From assembly GCA_949300385.1 (NCBI GenBank), contig CASGDZ010000002.1, forward strand, positions 42,989 through 106,988: a DNA stretch of 64,000 bases. Direction: 5' to 3'. Within the stretch, counting starts at the first letter, position 1. Every line of letters begins with the position of its first letter. Source of the stretch: an uncultured Christensenella sp. (GTDB lineage: Bacteria; Bacillota; Clostridia; Christensenellales; UBA1242). The notes below the pieces were generated by a model, which made no database searches, was not told the origin of the DNA, and worked only from the letters and a program-made list of their open reading frames with translations. Positions 37,554-47,200 of the stretch are shown here, one piece after another. The position numbers and the translations under genes are program-made.

Positions 37554-38459
37554 ATGGATAGAAAGAAATTAATCGCAGATATAAAACAAGAATTCATGTT
37601 AAAACGCATACGGGCACAAGAAAAGGTCGATGATTTTATAGAACATTTAAAAAAGGATCCCGAATTTGACAACCTTTACACTCAATATTCAAAGAAATCG
37701 CTCGAATATTGGAGAGAAAGTTATGATGAAGACAACATCGTCTTAAAGCACGATGTCGAAGATTTAAAGTTAAAAATTGATAAATATTTAACGGACAAAA
37801 ATATAGATAAGTCACTTTTAACACCAAAATACGACTGCCCTATTTGCAATGATACAGGTGTGGTAGGCGGACGAGTGTGCAGTTGCTTACTTTCAAAATT
37901 AAATAGCGAAATTTCAAAGAAATGTTCAAGTTCTACTAATTTTAAGTCTTTTAATAATTGCAATTTAAACATTATGGACGATGTGGATAAAAAGGCGATG
38001 GAAAAGTTAAAAGACTGGTGTGAAAGTTATCCAAATGTTAAAAAAAAGAATATCAACATTTTAGGCGTTTCAGGTAGTGGAAAAACATTTTTATTAGAGT
38101 GTATTGCGGGCAGTTTGATAAAAAAAGACTGCATAATTTGTTTTAAAACTGCTTTTGAGTTGAACGAACTAGCGCGTTTATATCACATAGGGAAGTCATA
38201 TGATTTTATGGATTGCATAAATTCGGAAGTTTTATTGATTGACGATTTAGGCACTGAACCAATGCTTAATAATGTTACAAAAGAATATTTATATAATCTA
38301 ATTAATACAAGGCAAAATAAAAATTTAGCGACAATCATATCAACGAATTTATCGCTAGAAGATTTGTTATCAAGGTACGATGAACGAATATTCAGTCGAT
38401 TAGTAAATAAGAATTTATCACTCACGATTTCGCTAACAAGCAAAGACAAAAGAATTTAA
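37554..38459 (+). CDS. dnaI: Primosomal helicase loader, DnaI/DnaC-like AAA+ ATPase
   Basis: It has an N-terminal zinc motif (CPICNDTGVVGGRVCSC), Walker A (GVSGSGKTFL) and Walker B (VLLIDDLGTE). I set the start at MDRKKL, after GGAGG. Confidence 0.8.
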   Translation: MDRKKLIADIKQEFMLKRIRAQEKVDDFIEHLKKDPEFDNLYTQYSKKSLEYWRESYDEDNIVLKHDVEDLKLKIDKYLTDKNIDKSLLTPKYDCPICNDTGVVGGRVCSCLLSKLNSEISKKCSSSTNFKSFNNCNLNIMDDVDKKAMEKLKDWCESYPNVKKKNINILGVSGSGKTFLLECIAGSLIKKDCIICFKTAFELNELARLYHIGKSYDFMDCINSEVLLIDDLGTEPMLNNVTKEYLYNLINTRQNKNLATIISTNLSLEDLLSRYDERIFSRLVNKNLSLTISLTSKDKRI

Positions 38460-38475
38460 TCTAAATTTACAAAAT

Positions 38476-38510
38476 AAAAATAGGCTAGACTTTAGCCTAT
38501 ATCTTTTTTT
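38476..38510. terminator. Bidirectional intrinsic terminator (dnaI / DUF368 gene)
   Basis: An 8-bp stem (ataggcta / tagcctat) with a 5-nt loop, flanked by an A-run and a T-run. Confidence 0.6.
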
Positions 38511-39505
38511 CTTTCAAATTTTACGAACCAGTATGATAACAATAGACCAATAATAAATACGATTATTCCTATTGATAAATCACGAATGATTCCACTTGTC
38601 GTCCAAAATGTATATATTGCCATAACTTCAGGGTTGAAGAACATTGTTAAAATTGAACCTAGAGATAAACCTGCAATTGTAAAGAATGTGGCAACTTTGT
38701 ATTTTTTTATCATAAATGAAAGCCCTTTTGAAGTTGCAAATAAACCGATAACAAAACCGATTATAAGGCACAAATATACTAAGAATATATATGGATTTTC
38801 CTTAAAATTAGTTAAACTTACTGAATTCATTAATGGAGTGAAATATCCAAATGACATAAGCAAAGCAGTAGCGCTTAATCCCGGTACAAGTTGAGTTATT
38901 GCAATTAAAAATCCAATTATAACAAACAAAATATAGTGATAAAATTGTAGATTAGTTAAGTCGTGTTGCGTAACATTTCCAAAGATTGAAAATAGGGATA
39001 TAAGTATTGGAATTAATAATCCAACAATAAAGAGTAATACATTTTTAGTAGTTCGCTTGCTACCCTTTATTTGATCAGTAACAGCGGGATAGGCGCCCAA
39101 CATTAGTCCAGCAAACAAACAGATCACAATAAAAGGCAATATATTTAAAAGTGCGCGTACGCCGAAGAAACCAATAACAAATCCTGCAAGCGCGCCAATA
39201 CCAATAGGAATTAAAAACTTTAAGCATTTTCTAAATTTTTTAAACAAGTTGCCAATTGCATATAACAATTTTTCATACATTTTAAAGATTATGGCAACCG
39301 CCGAACCGCTCACGCCAGGCACGATGACGGCTAGTCCAATGAAAAAGCCCAATATTCCACCTTTTGCAACTTGCGCTTTATTTTCGTATTTTAAATCTGG
39401 ACTCAAATTTTTTTCTTCGTCATTTTTATTTGTAACGATATCCGCATTGATAACTTCATTTTCATTCGATTTCTTATCGTTAAAGTTGTTGTGTGAATTA
39501 TCCAT
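38492..39505 (-). CDS. DUF368-family membrane protein (putative undecaprenyl-phosphate translocase, PopT-like)
   Basis: It has the duplicated DUF368 signature (VPGVSGSAVAIIFKMYEKLL and VPGLSATALLMSFGYF) in a polytopic membrane protein. SD AAGGGG lies upstream. Confidence 0.7.
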   Translation of the reverse strand: MDNSHNNFNDKKSNENEVINADIVTNKNDEEKNLSPDLKYENKAQVAKGGILGFFIGLAVIVPGVSGSAVAIIFKMYEKLLYAIGNLFKKFRKCLKFLIPIGIGALAGFVIGFFGVRALLNILPFIVICLFAGLMLGAYPAVTDQIKGSKRTTKNVLLFIVGLLIPILISLFSIFGNVTQHDLTNLQFYHYILFVIIGFLIAITQLVPGLSATALLMSFGYFTPLMNSVSLTNFKENPYIFLVYLCLIIGFVIGLFATSKGLSFMIKKYKVATFFTIAGLSLGSILTMFFNPEVMAIYTFWTTSGIIRDLSIGIIVFIIGLLLSYWFVKFERKKDIG

Positions 39506-39636
39506 AAAACCCCTTAGATAGTTTATTATTAATAAATTATAAAATATTAAATATTTTTAGTCAATATAATTGAAGTTAGAATATTTTTAGTGTTTATATT
39601 AAATTATACTTTATACTATTTTTTTTATTAACTTAT

Positions 39637-40737
39637 TCAATGAATTATTTTATTATATAAATCTATAAAAATTTGTTTATTGTTTTTTAATCGTTCGTCG
39701 TTTGGTGAAAAATCAATAGCGCGTTCTACCGCTTTTATTGCTTTGTCATATTTACTTAAATAGTAATAGCACATTGAAAGATAGTCGTAAGGAACGCCAC
39801 TCCAACAAATAGGTGTAGACATATAGTTAAGTACACGCTCTTTTATTTTAAACATTTCATTAAAGTAGAAAGCGCTCATTAAATAATCTTTCTTTTCATA
39901 GTAAGTGGTAGCAAGTTCATAGTATGGTTCACGCATATAGTCGGCTTCTAATATGGCGCGGTGAAGATATTCAATTTTCTTTTTCGTGTTTCCTTTGTAT
40001 GAATAACATTGCGCAATGTATCTAAGGCTAGCGCTACGCTCAGCATCCCAATTAGAAGTCGGTAAAGTTAAATGTCTTTTTAGTGTTTTTATTGCTTTAT
40101 CATACTCTCTATGGAACATATATTCGCGTCCTAAATAATGGACATTTCTATCGTCATTTGGATTTTCTTTTACTGATAATTCCAAAAGAGGAAGATAACT
40201 TGCGCGTGATTTAGTGTTATCTGCTCTGTGATTTAATTGTATGTTAGGGAAACTTAATGTTTCGTAATTTGGATCATATCCATCTTTTAATGCGAGAATT
40301 TCGTGTACAGGATATATCCACTTAAACATGCCATGTTTGTGGACTTTATCTGCCATAAATACCACACCTTCGCTTCCGTCCGCATTAAAATTCCATGTAT
40401 ACCTATATCTGGCGCGCCCAACACCTTCATGCCAATTATCGCGTAATATTTTTGACCAACCAGGTTCAAACATTTCGTCTATATCCACGCAAACACAAAT
40501 ATCAGTATCGTCTGGTATTAATTCCATACTATCATTGCGCGCTAAATCGAATCTAAATTTATCATATTTTTTTTGCGCGGTGATAATATTCAACTCTTTA
40601 AATTTTTCGAATGAGCCGTCAGTACTCCCTGTATCAAGTACGCAAAGATAATCGGCTTCCTTAACGCTGTTGTACCAGCGTTCTATAAATTTCATCTCAT
40701 TTTTCGCAATTGCGTAAACACATATTTTATAACTCAT
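39637..40737 (-). CDS. Family 2 glycosyltransferase-like domain fused to TPR repeats
   Basis: The N-terminus resembles GT2 (VYAIAKNEMKFIERWYNSVKEADYLCVLDTGSTDGS ... CVCVDIDE). The C-terminal half has TPR-like repeats (YDKAIKTLKRHL, YDKAIKAVERAIDFSPN). Confidence 0.6.
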   Translation of the reverse strand: MSYKICVYAIAKNEMKFIERWYNSVKEADYLCVLDTGSTDGSFEKFKELNIITAQKKYDKFRFDLARNDSMELIPDDTDICVCVDIDEMFEPGWSKILRDNWHEGVGRARYRYTWNFNADGSEGVVFMADKVHKHGMFKWIYPVHEILALKDGYDPNYETLSFPNIQLNHRADNTKSRASYLPLLELSVKENPNDDRNVHYLGREYMFHREYDKAIKTLKRHLTLPTSNWDAERSASLRYIAQCYSYKGNTKKKIEYLHRAILEADYMREPYYELATTYYEKKDYLMSAFYFNEMFKIKERVLNYMSTPICWSGVPYDYLSMCYYYLSKYDKAIKAVERAIDFSPNDERLKNNKQIFIDLYNKIIH

Positions 40738-40742
40738 AATTA

Positions 40743-40772
40743 ATTTTATGAATAAATTAAAATGTTTGTTAA
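40743..40772 (-). promoter_or_regulatory. Promoter placed for a leaderless GT2-TPR transcript
   Basis: On the minus strand, TTAACA (40772-40767), an 18-nt spacer, TAAAAT (40748-40743), 5 nt, then ATG (40737). There is no SD. Confidence 0.4.
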
Positions 40773-40938
40773 AAATAAATTTTAAAAAATAAATAAAATT
40801 TTATAAAAATACAATAAATGTGTAAAAATTATTAAAAAAATAATAAAAAATCGCAAAAATGAATAATTTTTAATAAATATTTAATAAATTTTTATAATTT
40901 TATAAAATTTGTTTTTTATTTTAATAATAATTACACAC

Positions 40939-40967
40939 TTGCAATTTTTTTATATTTTAGATATAAT
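40939..40967 (+). promoter_or_regulatory. Promoter placed for a leaderless transcript of the macro-like gene
   Basis: TTGCAA (40939-40944), a 17-nt spacer, TATAAT (40962-40967), 6 nt, then ATG (40974). There is no SD. Confidence 0.5.
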
Positions 40968-40973
40968 TATTTT

Positions 40974-41672
40974 ATGAAAATTAAAGATATGAAAATTGAG
41001 CGTGAAGAGATTGAGCGCGCCATGCTAAAAATATTATTGAAAGAATGCGAAATAAAAATAGACATTAACCAATTTGAACCAAATGAATATAGGGACATGA
41101 TTGAAAAGTTGGTTTTAATGCGTTCTGATTTCAATGTAAGTGAAGAATATAAATCGCTCGAAGATAAATTGCTATCATGTGAAAACAAGTCAAATCTATT
41201 AAATCTATCAAAACAAAAATTCTTTGGAAGAATAAAAATTGTGGAAGAATCGCTTATTGATTCAAATGCAGATTTGCTAATTTTAATAACATATAGTTAT
41301 TTTAGTGAAGATTTCAATAGTGATAGTGTTAATTCAAAAATTATTTTAAAAGCGGGATTGCAATTAAAGCAAGATCTTTATACAGAACAAAAGAAAAACA
41401 ATTTTAATTTATCGAACAAAAGTATTTCAATAGTTAAAGGAAGGAATCTTAATGCTAAATATCTATCCATCATATGTCTTCCAAATGAAAGTGATATCGA
41501 AGATCTCAATCTCTATTTTTCTAAATTGGTTGAGTTTACAATTGATAATAAATTAAAAAATATAGTTATAATAATTGATAAATTTCAAAATGATTTAAAT
41601 TTTATTAATAGTATAAAAAATATTTCAAAAATTAATAAAAAATTAAAAATATTTATAAATATTATAAAATAG
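40974..41672 (+). CDS. Degenerate macro-domain protein (homolog of Firmicute protein-ADP-ribose hydrolase with lost catalytic motifs)
   Basis: The N-terminal helical region (EYRDMIEKLVLMRSDFNVSEEYKSLEDKLLS) parallels the staphylococcal macro-protein N-terminus as I recall it. In the macro core, IVEESLID replaces WQGDIT, LLILITYS replaces AIVNAANS, and NLNAKYLSIICLP replaces NLPAKYIIHTVGP. Confidence 0.45.
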   Translation: MKIKDMKIEREEIERAMLKILLKECEIKIDINQFEPNEYRDMIEKLVLMRSDFNVSEEYKSLEDKLLSCENKSNLLNLSKQKFFGRIKIVEESLIDSNADLLILITYSYFSEDFNSDSVNSKIILKAGLQLKQDLYTEQKKNNFNLSNKSISIVKGRNLNAKYLSIICLPNESDIEDLNLYFSKLVEFTIDNKLKNIVIIIDKFQNDLNFINSIKNISKINKKLKIFINIIK

Positions 41673-41739
41673 CGCATTATTTTTACCAAATTATTATAAA
41701 TTTTATAATATTTTTAAAAATTTATATTATTTTTGTTTA

Positions 41740-42213
41740 TTATAAATATTTAAATATAATAACATTTATATGTTCTAGTGTTGTAATAATTTTTGTAATA
41801 ATCATATTCAAACTCGAGATGGTCGAATTTGCTAGTGCTTTGTAATATGGTTTTTCTTCGTGAATTTGCCATTCTAAAACAAAAGATATGCATTCAGAAA
41901 TCTTTTTTATGAATGTAAATAAATTAAAATTTTTTACTTCATCGCTTTTTACGGATATAGAAAATGATGATTCAAAATTTTCAATTATTTTATCTATTTC
42001 AGATTTTGCATATGATATGCCATCTTTTATTTTTTTATTAAGATTTTCATCTACTCCTAAACATAATTGTCTGCAATGGATCAATTCAAAATAAATTTTA
42101 TTAACTATTACATTTCGTTCGGTAGGGCGATTTTGATATGCGCGCATTAACCTTAGATATGCGTCATCATCTAAGATGGGAGAGTCATTAAAATATGGTT
42201 TATTATAATCCAT
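41740..42213 (-). CDS. Hypothetical protein (157 aa)
   Basis: An intact ORF with no motif I recognise. TATAAT (42224-42219) lies 5 nt upstream of the ATG, and there is no SD. Confidence 0.4.
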   Translation of the reverse strand: MDYNKPYFNDSPILDDDAYLRLMRAYQNRPTERNVIVNKIYFELIHCRQLCLGVDENLNKKIKDGISYAKSEIDKIIENFESSFSISVKSDEVKNFNLFTFIKKISECISFVLEWQIHEEKPYYKALANSTISSLNMIITKIITTLEHINVIIFKYL

Positions 42214-42387
42214 ATGCTATTATATGTTAAATTTTAAAAATTTAGAATAAGAGTCATAAGAATTAGTATAATTATGGTTACATATTATATTTAACAGAAA
42301 AGTTATTATGCAATTCAAGCTAATTCCCTAAATTGCTAATTAATTATTTAAATTTCTTCTTTTAAATATTTTTTACTTTATTAAAAT

Positions 42388-42418
42388 AAAGAGCAAAGTA
42401 TTTTTACTATTGCTCTTT
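42388..42418 (-). terminator. Candidate terminator after cysS
   Basis: aaagagca / tgctcttt stem with a 15-nt loop, followed by a T-rich tail on the minus strand. Confidence 0.4.
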
Positions 42419-42423
42419 AAATA

Positions 42424-43809
42424 TTATCTTTTGTTGATTTCGTATTCGTTTTTTGGTTTATCAACAATGACATAACCTAAAGATAAAATCTCATCGCGTA
42501 AGATATCGCTTTTTGCATAATCTCTATTTATGCGCGCTAGTTTTCGCTCTTCTGCAAGTTTATATATTTCGTCAGGTATTTCTAACTTTTCTGCTTCGAC
42601 AGAGGACAATTTTAGACCTAAGAATTTGTCAAAATCAATAACTAGGTCGTAAATGTCGTGACTATCGTCATAATTTTTTAATGCGTCCCACATAACCGAT
42701 AATGCAAGAGGAGAGTTGACATCGTCTGCTACATATTCGCTAAATTTTTGTTTTAATTTTGTTAATTCAGAAGAATCAATTTTGTTTGTACCGGTTTTGT
42801 GTTTTAATAATAATCGCTTTAAATTTTTATAACTTTCTTTTGCACTATTTAAGGCTTCAAAAGTGAAGTTCTGTGGCTTAGAATAATGTGCGGATAAATA
42901 GAAGAGTCTAAGGTCCATTGGGTCGTAGCCCTGCTCCTTTAACGAATTTAAAGTATAAATTGCGCCCTTTGATTTGCTCATCTTGCCACCATCGAACATA
43001 AGGTGCTCTAAATGGAACCAAATGTCTACAACTTCGTGTTCACAACGGGCATAATTTTGAGCAATTTCATTTTCATGGTGGACGGTTTTATGCTCAATTC
43101 CGCCTCCATGTAGGTCAATATGCTCGCCTAAGAACTTATTTCCAATAGCGCTACATTCAATGTGCCAACCTGGATATCCTACTCCCCATGGACTATCCCA
43201 TTTTTGGATATGATTATCCTTTGCAATAACCCATAAAACGAAGTCGGCTGGATTTCTTTTTTCTTCATCTACTTCTATACGCGCACCAAAACGCTTCTCA
43301 TTTTGATTCATTCCACCCAATGCGCCATATTTTGGATATTTGCTAGTGTCAAAATAAACTCCATTCTTTGTGATATATCCATATCCATTGTCTAAAATCT
43401 TTCGGACGAAATCAATAATTTCTGGAATGACGCTTGTCGCTGGACATATGTGCTCTGGGTCTTCTATGTTTAATTCCTTCATATCGTTGTGGCATAATTC
43501 CCAATAAAATTTTGCTATTTCTTCAGGAGATTTATGTTCACGCTTAGAGGCAACTTCCATTTTATCTTCGCCACTATCTTCATCGCTAGTCATATGACCT
43601 ACATCCGTTATATTCATAACATGATTTATGTTGTATCCTAAATACTTTACAGCGCGACGCATACTATCCATGACAAAAAAAGCACGCATATTGCCTATAT
43701 GTTGAAACCAATATACTGTTGGACCACAAAAATAAAAATTGACAGTATTGTTGATTGGTTTAACTGCCTGTTTAGTTTTTGTTAACGAATTAAAAACTTT
43801 AAGTTCCAT
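42424..43809 (-). CDS. cysS: Cysteine--tRNA ligase
   Basis: Class I motifs are present: CGPTVYWFQHIGNMRAF (HIGH-type) and KMSKSKG. Zinc/cysteine-binding residues are present (HIECS). Confidence 0.95.
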   Translation of the reverse strand: MELKVFNSLTKTKQAVKPINNTVNFYFCGPTVYWFQHIGNMRAFFVMDSMRRAVKYLGYNINHVMNITDVGHMTSDEDSGEDKMEVASKREHKSPEEIAKFYWELCHNDMKELNIEDPEHICPATSVIPEIIDFVRKILDNGYGYITKNGVYFDTSKYPKYGALGGMNQNEKRFGARIEVDEEKRNPADFVLWVIAKDNHIQKWDSPWGVGYPGWHIECSAIGNKFLGEHIDLHGGGIEHKTVHHENEIAQNYARCEHEVVDIWFHLEHLMFDGGKMSKSKGAIYTLNSLKEQGYDPMDLRLFYLSAHYSKPQNFTFEALNSAKESYKNLKRLLLKHKTGTNKIDSSELTKLKQKFSEYVADDVNSPLALSVMWDALKNYDDSHDIYDLVIDFDKFLGLKLSSVEAEKLEIPDEIYKLAEERKLARINRDYAKSDILRDEILSLGYVIVDKPKNEYEINKR

Positions 43810-43830
43810 ATTTACCTTCTTATTTATTAA

Positions 43831-43859
43831 ATTATAATGAAAAATGTTAAATATGTCAA
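43831..43859 (-). promoter_or_regulatory. Consensus sigma-A promoter for cysS (short leader, no T-box)
   Basis: On the minus strand, TTGACA (43859-43854), a 17-nt spacer and TATAAT (43836-43831), then about 21 nt containing GAAGG before the ATG. Confidence 0.65.
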
Positions 43860-44177
43860 CAATATAGGTCGATTAAAATTTTTATAAATAAAATAAAAAA
43901 ATTAAAAAATAATTAATTTTAATTGATTTTTGTTTAATTTTTTATAATTTTTAATAAATTTTATATAATTTTTTAAAATTTTCATTAAAAATATTAATTT
44001 TACAAAAATTTTTTAATTAAAATAAAAATAAACTTTTTGCTAAAATATGTAATTAATTTAGTTATTTAATTTATCAACAACAATTTTTTTATTTATTTAG
44101 GGAAAATCTAAATTCGCAAAATATAAAAAATATTAATTTATATTAAAATATAATTTTAAAATTTATGCGTTATTTAT

Positions 44178-44206
44178 TTGATAAAAATTCAACAATGTGT
44201 TAAACT
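44178..44206 (+). promoter_or_regulatory. Candidate promoter for the giant-lipoprotein / SipW / TasA-like operon
   Basis: TTGATA (44178-44183), a 17-nt spacer and TG-n-TAAACT (-10 at 44201-44206), with SD AAGGGG before the ATG at 44243. Confidence 0.45.
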
Positions 44207-44242
44207 ATTTTTAGACAAGATTAGACATAAAAAGGGGTTTGT

Positions 44243-47200
44243 ATGTCAAAAGTAAAAAATAGGGGAATTTACATTTTAATAATTTTAGCGTTCCTTTCAT
44301 TTTTTGCATTTGGATGTGAGAAGGAGCTTCGCGTTGACGATATTTATTTTGCTGAAGAATCTATAACTTTAGTAGTTGGTGAAAGTTATAAGCCAAACAT
44401 AATTATTCAACCTAGTTATGCGGACAATACAGGATATACGCTTTCTAGTTCGAATGATCAGTACTTATCAGTAAACGGAGATACTATTACTGCCAACAAA
44501 GTGACCGATAGCGCGGTATATTTGCAAGTAACATCAAGCGATAATAATTTAAAAACAGATATCATTCGCGTATATGTAATTGTGCAAACTATAACCTTAG
44601 ATACTCCTAGAAATTTGACATATAACTCAGATAATCAATCGATCAGTTTTAGTGCTGTAGAATATGCGCAATCATATATCCTTAGGGTGAATGGACAAGA
44701 TATAAATATAGGCAATGTGACTAATTATTCACTAGCCGATTTAAGTACACGCATAAACGGAAATGTTTTTGATACAAAATTAAACATACAAGTTAGAGCG
44801 GTTGCTAATACAAACACTTCTGCATATAAGAATTCGGAATTGTCGTCAGCAATCATGTTCTATCAGACAAGTGCCCCTTCAAATGCTGATATCACGAATG
44901 GAGTGTTGTCTTATAGCGGAAACGCAGATAAATACGCTATTTTATTTAATGATGATAATATTCTTTCGACAAGTCTAACGACTATAGATTTAACTTTGGA
45001 CGCAAAATACGCAGGTATGTCAGGCGAACTTAGTGTTGTTGCAATGACAGAAGGTGAAGAGATAGGTGTGCAATATTATAATTCACAACCAACAGAATTA
45101 AATGTGAATGTATTAGATGTTGCTAGTGCGAATGTCCAAGCAGGGGTTTTGAGTTGGAATAATGTAATGTACGCGGGTTCATATAACATTTATATGGATT
45201 CAAAATTGCAAGCAAATGTTCAGGATAATTTCATTTCTATTAGTGATTTTGCAGACTATGGTACAATCGTGAATAATGATAGCGGTTATAATATTACCAT
45301 TGATCCGATTTTATATGAAAATAGCAAAAATATTTTAAGAACTAACGCTAAAAGTGAAGCGCTTATCATAAATAAATTGTCTACACCTATTGTCATAAAT
45401 AATGCAGGATTAATCAGTTGGGACAATATTGAGAATGCGACTCAATATGTCGTTGAGATATCTTATGTTTTAAATGCCGAGACGAAAAAAGAAAGCATGA
45501 CTATTAGCAATAATAGTATAGATATTAGTGCAAATAATTTTCCATCGAACATTGAATATACAATTTCAGTAAAAGCCATAAATACTACAAATTCAAGCAT
45601 ATATTATTTAGATTCTGACTATGCTTCAATTCAAGTATTTAAAGAAGATGAAGCGGACATTTATATTGAAAATTATAAATTATACATAAATTCAACTATA
45701 CAAGATAAATATTTAGTTAAAATTGACGACAATGAGCCAATAACGATAACCGCTGATAGCAATATAACAGAATACGACCTAACAGGCATTGAATTTAATG
45801 TTGGCGAACATTCAATTTCGGTATGCCATTTAGGAGACGAAAATTCATCTAGCAGTAATGCTACGCTAATAACATTTGTACAATTGGGGCTATTAGATAA
45901 TGCTCAAATAGAAAATGGTGTAGCCAGCGCAAGTTCATCACTTCAATTTGAAACATTATTATTTGAAATTTACAATGGGCAATCATCGTTTTATTCGACA
46001 ACAGGATTAAGTCTAAATATAAACACTACTGAGCAAGCGGGTGAAGGATATTTGCCTAGCGGAAATTATAAATTGTATATTTCAGCATTAGGTGACGGAA
46101 GTAAAACATTCTCTAGCAAAGAAAAATCAGAACTTGATTTTGAAGTGTTGGCTACTCCAACTTTTGATTTCGTTAATAAAGATAGTACAACAATCTCTTT
46201 CTCAGAGATAGAGAATGCAAAAAATTATCTACTTTTATTTAACGAGCAACAAATTGAACTAAATACAAATAGTTATGAATTTGATATTTCAGCCGGTCAG
46301 ACTATTGAATTCTTCGTTCAAGCCATAGGAAATGGGTCGAATACATTAAGTTCAAACCTATCTCAAGGACACAAAGTTATTAAATTGAACACTCCTTCGT
46401 TAAGTTTCAACAACACAACAGATGTTATAGAAAAAATAGATAATAATGACGCCGAGTTGGTCAATGGATATTCATTCGTGCAAGTTATTAATGGCATGCT
46501 AACAACCATTGATTACGACTTTAATAGTCCGTATACACAATTTAGCGCGGGAGAAAATAACTTCACATTAATGTTAATAGCGCGCGATGCGGATACCGAT
46601 AATAACATTTCATATTTAAATTCTGACAGCGTAAGTTTAATGATAAATGTGATAAATGGCGAAACAGAGATTTATATAGATTCTCAAAATCGTTTAGTGA
46701 TTAAGTCGCAAGATTTAAATGAACATGCGTTATTGCTTAATATTATTTCTAACGATGAAAGGATTGAACTTGAAGGTAGAGAAGGTACATTATCTAATAA
46801 GAATAAAGATATAAATTTAAATTATACTTTTGATAATGGTGTATATTATGTGGAAATCTTAAATAATGATTATACATTAAAAATCTCTACTTTGTCAGAA
46901 TTTTATGTACAAGTAAAATTGTTAGCAGATGATGAGGGTATGGCAAATAGTACTCTTAGTGAAAGTAAAACAATAGAGTTTGAAAATCCGACTACATTTA
47001 ATGTCGAGCAGTTTGATGATGAGAACATAGCGTTTAGCAATTTAGCAAAAAATTATACTGAATATGCGCTTTTAATTGATGGAAACAAAACTTTGCCCCT
47101 GACTAATGACTCTGTAAGTTTAGATGCAGACGCCGGCGTTATAAAGGTCAAAGTCGCATACATATATGAAAATATTGAAGAAAATACTGAAGTCATTAGC

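Noticed and set aside
43860-44177. Possible CRISPR array or mobile element in the long AT-rich spacers.
   Set aside because: There are no regularly spaced direct repeats with unique spacers, no cas genes, and no transposase, integrase or inverted terminal repeats. The similarity between spacers is low-complexity A/T sequence.
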